64,000 bases of DNA from Chrysomallon squamiferum. Its lineage: Eukaryota; Animalia; Mollusca. The first letter of the stretch is position 1. Every line of letters starts with the position of its first letter. Both the position numbers and the translations under genes were made by a program. The DNA is taken from NCBI GenBank assembly GCA_012295275.1, contig CM022665.1, positions 22,754,001-22,818,000 on the forward strand. Reading direction: 5' to 3'. Shown piece after piece: positions 29,201-40,682 of the stretch. The notes beneath the pieces are model-generated. The model saw only the letters and a list, made by a program, of their open reading frames with translations. It was not told where the DNA came from and did not search any database.

Positions 29201-29680
29201 TATTTTTGTGTAATTTAAAGTAGAAAGTCACAGAAAATTGTATGGACATGCAATTGAGATTATGTTAATAAATATTATTTATAACACACATACACACACA
29301 CACACGCACATATATATATATATATATATGTAACAAATGGACAAAGACTAAAGGCATAATGATAAAAAGCTACATGTTTACAAAGTAGGCCTCATCTACA
29401 AAAATAAATAAATACTTCAGATCATATTATTATTAAGATCAACAGAATACAAATTAATATATAGAAATAGTAACGTATTCTTACGTTGTAGATTTTGAAT
29501 TGCCATCTGAATTCCTTGTCCCCGACTGCCATCAATTGGTAAACTCATTGTGAGTCGTCCGGAAACAGGACTCTGTCCTCTTGGGGACATAGGACTTGGA
29601 CTGTTGCTCCTTGGTGTAAAATTACCTGAGCGAGAGGAATAGGAGCTCGTAGAGCTAACTCCTGATCCCCTCCTATCCAT
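94..29680 (-). CDS. SYNE1: Nesprin-1/MSP-300-like giant cytolinker, 5' part (N-terminal tandem CH actin-binding domain); continues beyond the left edge
   Basis: Join complement(29485-29680, 12719-12780, 10053-10148, 5192-5275, 4925-5017, 1147-1271, 470-666, 94-182). All introns are GT-AG and phases are consistent (314 codons in window). Motifs [69 protein letters not shown] and [15 protein letters not shown] match the nesprin/MSP-300 CH1-CH2 pair. Spectrin repeats and KASH lie outside the window, so a calmin-like gene is not formally excluded. Confidence 0.88.
470..666 (-). CDS. SYNE1: Nesprin-like exon, CH2 core ([19 protein letters not shown]...LLDPE)
   Basis: gcag| acceptor, G|gtacga donor, 197 nt, phase 2 to 1; overlaps ORF 438..650. 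Confidence 0.94.
1147..1271 (-). CDS. SYNE1: Nesprin-like exon, CH1-CH2 linker ([41 protein letters not shown])
   Basis: ctag| acceptor, |gtaaga donor, 125 nt, phase 0 to 2. Confidence 0.92.
4925..5017 (-). CDS. SYNE1: Nesprin-like exon, end of CH1 ([31 protein letters not shown])
   Basis: gcag| acceptor, |gtaagt donor, 93 nt, phase 0-0. Confidence 0.95.
5192..5275 (-). CDS. SYNE1: Nesprin-like exon, CH1 ([28 protein letters not shown])
   Basis: tcag| acceptor, AAG|gtatgc donor, 84 nt, phase 0-0. Confidence 0.93.
9245..9519. mobile_element. Possible decayed MITE (inverted repeat pair)
   Basis: TTCCAAATGGGGCACC (9245-9260) versus GGTGCCCCATTTAGAA (9504-9519), 15/16 complementary; no clear TSD. 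Confidence 0.4.
10053..10148 (-). CDS. SYNE1: Nesprin-like exon, CH1 ([32 protein letters not shown])
   Basis: acag| acceptor, |gtaaat donor, 96 nt, phase 0-0. Confidence 0.95.
12719..12780 (-). CDS. SYNE1: Nesprin-like common second coding exon, start of CH1 ((x)[20 protein letters not shown])
   Basis: cttttag| acceptor, CAG|gtaact donor, 62 nt, phase 1 to 0. Confidence 0.95.
14730..14949. repeat. Degenerate tandem repeat, about 4 copies of a 55-60 bp unit
   Basis: Recurring aacagatga...caata.ttgca.ta.ttatcccaag.ctctata unit. Confidence 0.65.
18296..18371 (-). CDS. SYNE1: Alternative first coding exon of nesprin-like gene ([25 protein letters not shown]+D)
   Basis: ATG-initiated, 76 nt, ends AAG|gtagg in phase 1 and joins in frame to give ...[12 protein letters not shown]; no stop codon. 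Confidence 0.72.
21726..21777 (-). CDS. SYNE1: Alternative first coding exon of nesprin-like gene ([17 protein letters not shown]+D)
   Basis: ATG-initiated, 52 nt, ends AAG|gtatg in phase 1 and joins in frame to give ...[12 protein letters not shown]. Confidence 0.65.
29485..29680 (-). CDS. SYNE1: First coding exon of the longest nesprin-like isoform (Ser/Pro/Arg-rich N-terminus MDRRGSG...QMAIQNLQ+H)
   Basis: Locally GC-richer ORF 29417..29680; donor C|gtaaga is phase 1. The exon extends as 5' UTR to an acceptor (ttttcag|) at 29793. Confidence 0.85.
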
Positions 29681-30238
29681 GTCTGTGTTTACAATAGTCA
29701 GTTCAGTTACTGTCTTTGATGTTTTTACATGTATATTTCAAAGGAATCTGGACACAGCTATGTAGTCCAGTTTAAACTAATTCTACTTCATTTCTGAAAA
29801 AGAAAAACAAAGGAATAAACAGACATTAAACTTTAGAAAATGTAAATAAATCTTTATTTTAACTGTGCTACAATGAGGTGTTTTGGTTTTGGGGTTTTTA
29901 AGTATGAAACTGAAAATGGATTCTGTTGAAATTACTTTGCCATTCAAATAATTGTATATTTGTGAAAATAACTGAAATTTAAAAAAATGATATCATCATT
30001 TTCAAGAATTGGTTCCATTATTTCATAGGGTTTTCAGAAACTTTACTTTTCAGTTATAAAACTGTTACGAAAATGGACTGCTCAAACATCTGAAATAGAT
30101 CTGCCATTTTTATAATGGTTTGTCTAAGAAGATAATTTAAAATTTTAAAGAACTGGATCCATTATTTCAGATATTTTAAACTTTGTTATTTTAAACATCC
30201 ATTTTAGATATACCTCCATTTATATATCTGTCACTTAC

Positions 30239-30312
30239 CTGATGTTGTAAACAGAAGGCATAAATCACTAATTTAATAGAGTGCAAACTTTGAGTCAGAT
30301 ATATCAGGAAGT
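30239..30312 (-). promoter_or_regulatory. Putative alternative non-coding 5' exon/promoter of nesprin-like gene
   Basis: Perfect donor CAG|GTAAGT at 30239/30238, about 450 nt upstream of the 29793 acceptor; AP-1-type TGAGTCA (30291-30297) and ETS-type GGAAGT nearby. The upstream boundary is not defined. Confidence 0.4.
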
Positions 30313-32854
30313 AGAAAGTTAAGCTAACCCAAGAACATTATTATTCAAACAAGTACTCATTTTCAAGATTGTTGTTCATCTTTGCTCAAATTTGTTCACT
30401 TTTAAAATTTATGTAAATTGTATAGTCTCAGTGTGTATCAGTCTGTTCACATATACACAGATATCTGCACTATGGATAAAAAGTCATTTCTATGTATAGC
30501 TTAAAACACATGTTGGAACATGTTACAGTCAGTTAACAAAACAGTAGATAAAATTTAAGACATTAAATGGCGTCAAACAGTTTCTTATGAAATTAATTTT
30601 ATATATTAAACTTCTGGAATATAAGGAGATAGCCTGAGAACATGAATCAAGAAATTGGTTTATATTTCGTATACAGCTTATTCAAATAGTTTTATAAAAT
30701 ATTTTTAATAATTATGTTTTAGATTTCAGATAAGGAATGATCAACCTGCATCAAATAAATCCTGCATTAATAATGAACAAGGATAAACACTTAGTGGAAT
30801 TTAATACATAAAAGCTCAGAATGATTATAATAGTTTACTGTGCAATCAAGCCATGCTTTTTGTTTGAAATTTGATAAAGTCTTCAAATTCTATATACAAA
30901 CATGAACTTCAGTAGCAATATTTGATTTGTTGTTTGCGTGTGTAATCTAGAAAAGATTGAAGTGGTAACAATGAATGACCTGCATAATAATAAGGTTAAA
31001 TTTGTACCAAACACAATGAATGGGGCATAATAGAGCACATGATCAATCTTCCTTAGTATGCACACCTGGCTATTTTCCATCCTGTTCTATTATAAGCTTT
31101 CCCTCCTCCCTATTAAACGGAAGATGCATACCACAGATCCTTTATTTGTAAACACCAAGAATAGCCAAAGATGAGGTTGCTGCAGGTTTCTTCTCATATG
31201 TCATCAATAAATAAAACAATCATATAGCTGACACTTCATTACTGTTAACATACGTGTGTCCTAAAACATTTAGTTATTGATAACTTTGCTCTTGGTATAA
31301 ACTGACTGTAAGAAATTAAATATCACATATTATGTAACTCTGAAAACCTCTAAAGAAATTCACATACAGAAGTCACATACAATAGATACCAGATCTGAAC
31401 AATGATTTCTCTACTCAGTAGCCAGCATTCAAAGTCCAATAACAAAAACCATAAAATTAGTTATTGGACAACTTGAAAATATAGTACACACCAGAAAGAA
31501 CACAGACACCACAAATATGTCCTGTAAACCATAAATCACTTACAGTCAGTGATAATAAAGCTTTATCATGCATATATACATAATACTTACAACCAAATAA
31601 AGTATGCAAAAACTTAAGAGTTTATAAAGGCTATATATTCATCATTATTCAAGAATAGGCTATAAATAATCAATAGTCCTTATCCAAAATAATTTGTTAA
31701 ACTAGCGTCACAGACTTTACCATCTGTAAGAAATATAACTTGGTTTATAAAGGTATACATAATTCTTTATTGTTTCTTTATTTTTTTTGGTTAAAAACTC
31801 AACAAAACGACCAATATGTTTTGCGCTATATCTGTGTCTTTTGAAAATATTTAGTTCAAAGGAGTCGTTACACTAATGCAGTATTTCATTTATAATAAAG
31901 AGTACTGTAATGGTAAAAATAAAATATGTTCTACTCACATGACATAATATAAGAAACAAATTTAAATATGAATATAGCAAAGGATCTACTTAGGACATTT
32001 TCCATTGTCAATATTTTCATGACAACTGAAGCAGAATTATAGGTGAACAGGACACTATCAGAAAATCACATAATTGGTAACTTTGTGATCAAACATAAAA
32101 TATTAAAATTTATAATGCTTAACTAAAATACAAATGTAATTAATATTTAGCAACATTATGAAAGAGTTTAAATTACTATTGGTAGGATTGCTACATGGGG
32201 AAAACTAACAGCCATCTTTGACAGAAATATACTATGCCTTAAAAAGAAATATATAAACGAAAATATCTTAAAATAAATAATTAATAACTATGACGTTAGT
32301 GATTTTATTCTGATTCTGCGGTGATTTAATTCAGTCCATTAAATAATTATATTTTCTGAATACGCAACATAGTTGCCGGTTAAGGTAACACTATATGCAA
32401 ATTAATTTAGTTGGGCTTGCACGGTCTTGTTCCCACCATAGGGTGTAGCATATATCTTAAAGTAAGTTAAAGTTAATACTTAAAAATAAATCAATAAGTT
32501 CATAAAAAAAAATTAAAAATTAAAAATAGAAAATGTTAACGTATAACATTTATTTGAGTAAGAAGCAGAATACTCAGAACGCCAAAAGTGACAATAGCAA
32601 TAACCAAATGAACAAACAGAAAAGTATATTTTCGTTAGTTTATCTTAACGTATCGTTTCTTGAGATATATCGACTACAAGAAATGTAGATCCCCGACAGC
32701 TTGAATTCTGCCAGTTCTAACAAACCATGGAAGTTAACATAACCAAAAAGCGAACAATGGCATCTTGTAATTTCATCAGCAATACAAATCTGACAACATA
32801 AAAATCCCCAAAATTCTTCAAAGTAAAACAACGACAGATCAGTAAAGTTCTTAC

Positions 32855-32970
32855 CTACTCCTCGCTTTTGGTTGCCTCTGACGCCAAGTGCATCAAAGCA
32901 ATCAATGAACGCGCTCGCCCGTACGATCCGGAATCAGCCGACCGCTGCTGACACCTCGCGGCTTTCTAAA
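32855..32970 (-). promoter_or_regulatory. Putative first non-coding exon / core promoter of nesprin-like gene
   Basis: CpG-rich patch ending in donor TAG|gtaaga at 32855/32854, lying near where the CpG-poor gene body gives way to CpG-normal DNA. Confidence 0.55.
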
Positions 32971-33428
32971 GTGGGACAACTACTATCGAATATATATATA
33001 TATTTGAACTTAGTTTAGTGTGCCATTTCCAAAATTTGTGACACCAGTTAATCAGCATTCGTGTGAATAATAATAACGTTCATATGCATGACTACCAAAC
33101 TGCGCTAGGCAGACAGACTTGCACTTTTATTTAAAATATACTCTTACTGAGTTACTCCAAAAATTGTATAATGGCGGTTCTTCTTCTTTTTCTTCTTTAT
33201 CTTCTTCATATAAGTTGTTTATTTTTGCCTGAATAAGTAGACTTGTTTCTCAGTTTTGAATTGCAAAAATCAGTGAATCAATTTACGTCCAAGCTTTCGA
33301 ATTCTGAATAAGAATTATTTTAAAGCAGAGACAAGTTTTATTAATCATTCATTCATTGTTGGTTTTTTATGTTTTTATTTGATTAGTTTTTACTTATTTA
33401 CAATATGGATCTATTCTAATGTTCTATT

Positions 33429-33472
<44 letters not shown>

Positions 33473-33633
33473 AACAAATAAATTAATTAAGAGAAAATGT
33501 ACCATAATAATTATTATTAGATGCAATTTACCAGTTTATTCTACCCAATTATTGTTTTTATCTATTTCTGCTATCTGTATCTGAGACATAGCAGTTCAGT
33601 TCAAAATAATGTAAAACAACGCAATATCGAAAC

Positions 33634-33665
<32 letters not shown>

Positions 33666-35103
33666 GAATATCGGTCAACTGTGGACATGAGACATCCTGA
33701 ATTTCAAAAACAAAGGGAATCATTACTGTATTAGATATTACATTAATCAAGATGAAACGAGTGTTTTAAAAGAAAAAAAGAAATATTGGTCATCAGAATC
33801 GCGTGATCAGATGAGGATATAATTATCAGCGCAACATTTTTTCAACAACTTACTGATATTTAAAACCTCCAGTATGATACAAAAAGTGTAACAATATAGA
33901 CGTTTCTCTATAGACTCTCCTTCTGAACAGCTAACCACATAACAAAACAAACGTGTAAAATGACATTGTTTGGAAAAAGTATTTAATTAACAAATGATGC
34001 GCCTATACATGTATGTAAAATGAAAAATTATTAAGAATTTTCCATCAGGTTGAAAGAATATAAGACTTAACTGAATAAATATATCACGCTTCATTGGTTC
34101 CATTAGAAAAGATATATCAGTTATTTCTATACAATTTCTTACCTGCTTATGACTATACCATTTGTTGTTCGTCTTAATTAAATTCCTTATTAAATAGATC
34201 AAAAGTTTGTCCACGCTTTGAATCAAAAATAATATAAGTTCTACAGATATACATTAACCGTTACTTTTGGAGATAAGACAGCTGTTAACAGTATTAACAT
34301 TGAAACCGTTATTCGGTTTACCTGCGGGTCGCTGTAGTTAAGTAGATTTGGCGTGTTCCATTGTGAAAACCTGTCGACAACTCTATCGATAATGTTTGAA
34401 CGGTACACGTTCCGTGCATGAGCAGCCAGTATGCTAGTTCCAAGTGCTGTATACAATGTCGGTGTTACAAATAAGTATTCGGTGTGCCCCGCACTGTTTT
34501 GTTCAGTGACCCCGGACAGCAAGCTTAACATATGCAATAACTAACATTAGAGTAAAGGTTTGGAACTGTTGGCTTGGAAGAATTTTGAAATAAACGACAA
34601 TTATAAACACATTGAAAGGAAGCGATCCATTGACCATAATACAGTGTTTTTATTGTTACAAAGATACACGCTGGTATGGGTTCATTCAACCATATTATAC
34701 TGTTATATACACACGGTCTTAAACCAAAAAGAATTCTCAAGTGAATACGATCACAAGTGCCATTATATTTCATCTGATATTTATACTCCAAACATAGTAA
34801 GAAAAATATTTTGGTTGCGATCTTCATAATCAAAAAAAGCAAACAATAAACCAATAGCTTAGAAAATATTTAATGAATTAATTTTTGCACTGGAATGAAA
34901 GCATATCTGTCATGCCATGGTGACGTCTAAAATTTATTTCTTAACATTTTGCTTGCAGATATTTGAAACAATACCATATTTGTATGAAAGTTACGAATGA
35001 TTATATCAAGTTGTGAATTTTGTTAAACATTTAAATCAAATTTTATATTAAAGAAATTGTGGATGCCATAGAACAAATAAAACAACATTTTCATTGTGTG
35101 TGT

Positions 35104-35106
<3 letters not shown>

Positions 35107-35167
<61 letters not shown>
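35107..35167. repeat. (GA)n microsatellite
   Basis: Uninterrupted GA run. Confidence 0.95.
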
Positions 35168-35171
<4 letters not shown>

Positions 35172-35197
35172 TATTCGAAATACAAATAAATGAGTTA

Positions 35198-35253
35198 TGT
35201 TTCGTTTCCATGTTAATGCTGAGGATCTCTCTCTCTCTCTCTCTCTCTCTCTA
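35198..35253 (-). repeat. Microsatellite-linked repeat copy 1 (28-bp unique core + (TC)13)
   Basis: Core 35198-35225 is the exact reverse complement of 39196-39223. Confidence 0.85.
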
Positions 35254-37737
35254 TTACATTTTAACACGTCCTTACATGATCACAATTTTCGTGATTATCC
35301 CAAAACTGAAAGGGCACTGTAGAAGCATTGGTATATATTTCTAATGTAGAACAATCTTCAAGAGTCTTTTCACACTTAGGTATGAACTGACTCTAACATA
35401 CAGTTTAAAAACTGGATGAAAATACATAAAATAACAAAATGTACGTGGAGAATATAGCTAGATGAATCAGCGAGTTTTTCTTTTTTCGCTGTTATAACCG
35501 TTATTCTGTGAGATACTAGATGGACATAGTCCAGAGCCGGAACCCCCATTTCAGAAACTGAATTTCAATGTAAAGAAAACATCATTATGCACATAAACGT
35601 ATAACTATGATATATATATATGTATGTATGTCACAGCGTTGCTGTTTACCTTTAATGATTGACTTATTTAATATAAAATAATAATAATAATAATGTACAT
35701 GTTGTTGATGAGATTCGAATGCCGATATCTTCTCTTGTTTGAACGACGTAGATATCAACTTAAGATCATAGTGTAGACTTTCAGTTATATGTATTTTCTT
35801 TGCTTCGAACCAGAACATGCTTTAACATTAAACTCAAACTCAGTAATAAGACACATTTAGTTGCAGGTTCTATTTCTTAAAAACAATTTTGGGCAATTAC
35901 GTATTCTTACCAACGGTCAAAATCTAAAGTATCAAAGACCATAGTAATATTTTTTTTTTAAAACTTTTTATTTTTTATTTTTTTTATGAATCATATTTGG
36001 CTTTTAATAATTATGTAAATTCATCAACAATTTATTTTTATTTTAGACGCAGTATAGCCCCAATACTTCACTGTTGCTATTACCTGTATATCGATTGCTT
36101 CGTTAGTATTCAGATCACATCAACTTTGAGTACGTAGGGGGGTGTAAATTGACATTCAGTAATAGTATACAAATATTTTTTCTCCATGCATTGTTTATTT
36201 AACCTGAATTTGAAAACACTTTTTTTTTTTTTTTTCTTAATCCATATTATTATTACTCCAAATATTTTAGTTTATTTCTTATCTCACGTACCCCTTTATA
36301 AACAGAGATGCAGATACATTTTACAGCCTTTTACAGTTTTTACAACGGCATTTCTAAAGTATATTTCTTTTCCGTATCAAATAGGTGTACAGAAGATCAA
36401 TATCATACACTTATAAAGAGTTACTTCCTTTTCTATAAAACACAGCCAACCTCAGTTAAGCACCCAATTCACCAATGTTCCATTTCTGGAAAAATAATAA
36501 GATTAATACATTTTTTATTGTTCTTATTACAACGTAATATTATCAGCTAAGATATTATTATCATCATCACCATCACCATCAGTTAATAAAAAATAATATT
36601 AGAACTTTAAAAATAAAAACATTTAATTAAAAAAAAAATCTGTTTTCTGTGATGCCACGCTAACGTACGCCACACACACACACAAACTCACGCGCGCTCG
36701 GACATTCACCCCCACCATCACATACACATACATATTTTGATTACCATACCTATAGCTAAATTTGGTGCAAATATTTACTGTAACTGATTGTTGATTAGAA
36801 AGATAGACACTAAGTCTGAATATTTTTGCTGTTGCACGAAAACAGACACGGCTATAAATACATGCACGCAGACAAACACACACGTACATAATTATTGTAC
36901 AAATTTCTCTTTACATGTATATCGACAGGATAATTCTGTCTGCAAAATATGTTTTATAATTTTAATTTTTAATGTTTTTCTTTCACCCTTTCTTTTCGTT
37001 TTTCTATACTTTCATCTGATTAAATAAAAACAGTATTTTTTCCAGATTTTCCTATTTGATGGCCAACCTATCTAAAGCTCGTCTGGTGGTTTAGCTATCT
37101 GGGATGATGGTTAAAACATATTATACGCATTATTTGTAAATATAAGTGAACGTATCCACAGGTAGGGTCATGTCTGGCTACAACACGCCATCTTTTTTAA
37201 CTTAACAATCCTAAGAATCGCAAATTAAAAAAGATTCAGGAATAAAAGTAACGTAGAATTTTTGTAACATTATTATTTTAGTATCATCATCGTCGTCGTC
37301 ATCGGCATTATTATTATTAAAACCGTCAAAAATCAGTTTTGGGAATACACATATACACTGTGTTGATAATCTGGCTTTTTCAGTTTAATTTAAAAAGATA
37401 TTACACAGTGAATATTAAAAGGTCTCGAAGTAAGTATAGCTTTTGAATTCATAGGTACTATAACGAATACTTTTATCCGAGTTATTTAGACCAATCCACA
37501 CTCCATAACCTTTTCGGTTTTACAGCTGAATACTGTATAATATATGAAGTCTTTATTATACTTAAATCTTTATAAAAAGAAAAGATATTAAATACATACT
37601 AATCAATATGCATTAACTTTAGTAGATTAACAACAACAACAACAACATGTGTTACTTGTTCATGATTACCGATAAAGTGTTGGATATAATTACTGAATTA
37701 ATTTGTTGATAATAAATAAATAAATAAAAACTCTTAT

Positions 37738-37768
<31 letters not shown>

Positions 37769-39007
37769 TATTACGTGTTATATAAGGAAACTCACATGCA
37801 TGAACGCGCACACACATACACACACCTAACCCGGCTATTCGCTCAGTGCGCATATTTCCACAACTAACCAGTTTTATCCTACATCGCCGGAACGGTCGTT
37901 ATGCCCTTTGAGCAGATGATTTACGGTTACGGGCAAGCGGCGTCTGTTTAACTGTTCTAAAACTTCTGGTGTGTGTCACAGATTTCCACGCAGACAAGAA
38001 ATAATATTTTACTTAAACCTGAATTCAAACAGTGTGCGTAGCGTATCCGTGGTGTTGTCGTGCTGTTTTCAAAAAAAAAAAAAAAAAAAAAAAACCCCAC
38101 AAAAAACAACAACAAACAACAACTATCAAATACAAATGTAGTGGTGAGTGTGATAATACATACGGTACAGCATACTGATGCTGAACTATAATAATATTCA
38201 CAGCATCTGCGGATGACATCTCTTCAAAATAATCGGCACATGTATTTCATCGACTACAGATAAATTCTATTTGGATATATTCCACCGTATTCTTCAGGTT
38301 ATAGGTAGACTACGGAGAATTTAAAACAAATGAATAAATAAATAAATAAACAAGAATAATAACAAGGAGCTGTTGCATGCACGTAGTGGTAGGAACTTTA
38401 AAATGAGTGAAAAACATTATTGTTCTGCTCGAGCAGGGCGGGTCCAGAACCTGCCGATCACAACCCCAGGATCCGTGCTAGCTAACTAAGTTTCGGTACG
38501 TGTAACACGGTGACGCTGAACAAATCACGTACAGCACCACGAATAAGGACACAATTAACTCAAAAAATAACATCTGTCTGTGAACCGTGTTGTTTTCACC
38601 AGTAAAAGAGGTAATTTCCACCAGGCGCAGTGAACCGATGCGCGCACCGAGATAACAAAAAGAGTGTGGCAAGAAGCGCTTATTGGATTTGGAGTTACGA
38701 AAGTACCAAAACTGATAAATCATTAAATGTGAAACCTAGTACTTTAAATTAAAAAAAAAACAACGATAAAGAAAAAAACAAAAAAAAACAACAAATCAAC
38801 AGCAATAAATAATGTTGATAATACAGTAATGAAATTAAAAAACAAAAAACAATAATAATAATAATTTGAAACGGAAGAATATTTTTCATATCTTAAATTG
38901 CATATCCACTAAAAATGATGTAAATAAACACAAGAAAAAAAAAGTTAAAGATAATATATATATTTTTAAAGCAGAAATGATTATAAGTAAATATGACAAT
39001 TCTGGTG

Positions 39008-39038
<31 letters not shown>

Positions 39039-39127
39039 TATTATTAGCAGTGGCTTAATTATTATTTAATTTGTAGTTTATTTACTTTGCTTGTTATTTG
39101 TGGGTATTGCTTTAATATTGAAACAGC

Positions 39128-39198
<71 letters not shown>

Positions 39199-39223
39199 TC
39201 AGCATTAACATGGAAACGAAACA
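39128..39223 (+). repeat. Microsatellite-linked repeat copy 2 ((GA)n + 28-bp unique core)
   Basis: (GA)n 39130-39195 followed by TCCTCAGCATTAACATGGAAACGAAACA. Confidence 0.85.
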
Positions 39224-39604
39224 ACTTAATACAGAGCGATTAAATTTCTATATGCAGCTGGGTTTGGCAGGATTTTTAAATCTTTATTTAGTCTCCGAGG
39301 TCTGGAACGTAAAAAAATAAAAAAATAAAAATAATAAAAATAAAAAAATAGAAAAAGGAATCTGAAACGAGATTATTTAACCCATAGCATCTCAACTGTT
39401 TATATTTCTCAGTTCAGAATTGCTCATTTGGAGATATCACTATGTGGCGGCCCAGGGGAAGGAAGTGGTTTGGCAATGTTGCCAATTACACAGTTCGCTT
39501 TTCTAAGTATTACATAATCTTCGTAGCGCTCTGGTTAATTATAAACCATTTCACAGCTGTGAAAGATTACTGAGAAATACAGTAAATACAACAACACATA
39601 ACTT

Positions 39605-39657
39605 TTATTATTATTATTATTATTTTTATTGTTGTTGTTGTTGTTATTGTTGTTGTT

Positions 39658-39692
<35 letters not shown>

Positions 39693-39720
39693 ATTGTTGT
39701 TGTTTTTTTGTTGTTATTAT
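39605..39720. repeat. (TTA)n/(GTT)n compound microsatellite
   Basis: Visible trinucleotide runs. Confidence 0.85.
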
Positions 39721-40083
39721 CTTAAATAGATATATTAAAAAAATAAACAAATAAACAGACAGAGATATAAAGAAACTACAAACAAATAAACAAACAAACA
39801 AATAAATATATAAATAAATAATAAAACTGGAAGAAGGAAGAAGATTTTTGCTGTTATTTTGTTTTTGTTACTTCTCATTCTGTTCTGGTTTAAAACAGAA
39901 AAATTACTTTAAATAACTGCATCCTAAATTAAAGGCAGATCGAGGATTTCAGATAGAGTGGTCCTTAAAAAATAATAAATAATTTAACTTTTAAAATAAA
40001 ATAAATAGATTAAATAAATAAATAATCATAAAGACAAAAAAATTATTATTGACAGAAAACATTCCAAACGACTCGATTTTACA

Positions 40084-40123
<40 letters not shown>

Positions 40124-40617
40124 AAATTTAAAAAAATAAAAATAAAAAAAAAAAAAATAAGGAAAAGGAAGAAGAAGAAAAACCAAAACCCCGTTAAATG
40201 AAGAAACGCTGAACTGTTTGTTCTGTTTTAAATGAAATGTAACAATTATAAATGTCATTTTTTAAACCCATTTTACTTTTCTTTTCTTTTCTATAGAATT
40301 CCTAAAAGAGAAACATTCATGGGAAAACAATTTAGGTTGAACAGTTTACGAGAAAATATTGCAAACTTCAATAGAGAGTTATAAATACGATGACACACAT
40401 AACCTATCGTATTACACACACCACTGCTATTTTTCCAATTATTCGTGCCAAGTTCCGACAGAATGAATACGCCCTTCCCATACGCATGCAGAACTAGTCT
40501 TTTGTAGTAGGCGGGAAGTTGTTATGAATTTTTTTTTTTTTTTTACTTGTTTTCTGTTTGTTTTGTTTTGTTTTGTTTGTTTGTTTCTTTCTTTCTTTTT
40601 GATTTGATTTGATTTGA

Positions 40618-40682
<65 letters not shown>

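Noticed and set aside
35023-35344. ORFs with ERERER / SLSLSL runs (also 39087..39320 and 59620..59922)
   Set aside because: Translations of (GA)n microsatellites.
38425-38500. tRNA-like or SINE-head-like segment on the minus strand (A-box-like TAGTTAGCTAGCAC, B-box-like GGTTCTGGACCC)
   Set aside because: Boxes are degenerate and I could not build a cloverleaf; tRNAscan-SE would be needed.
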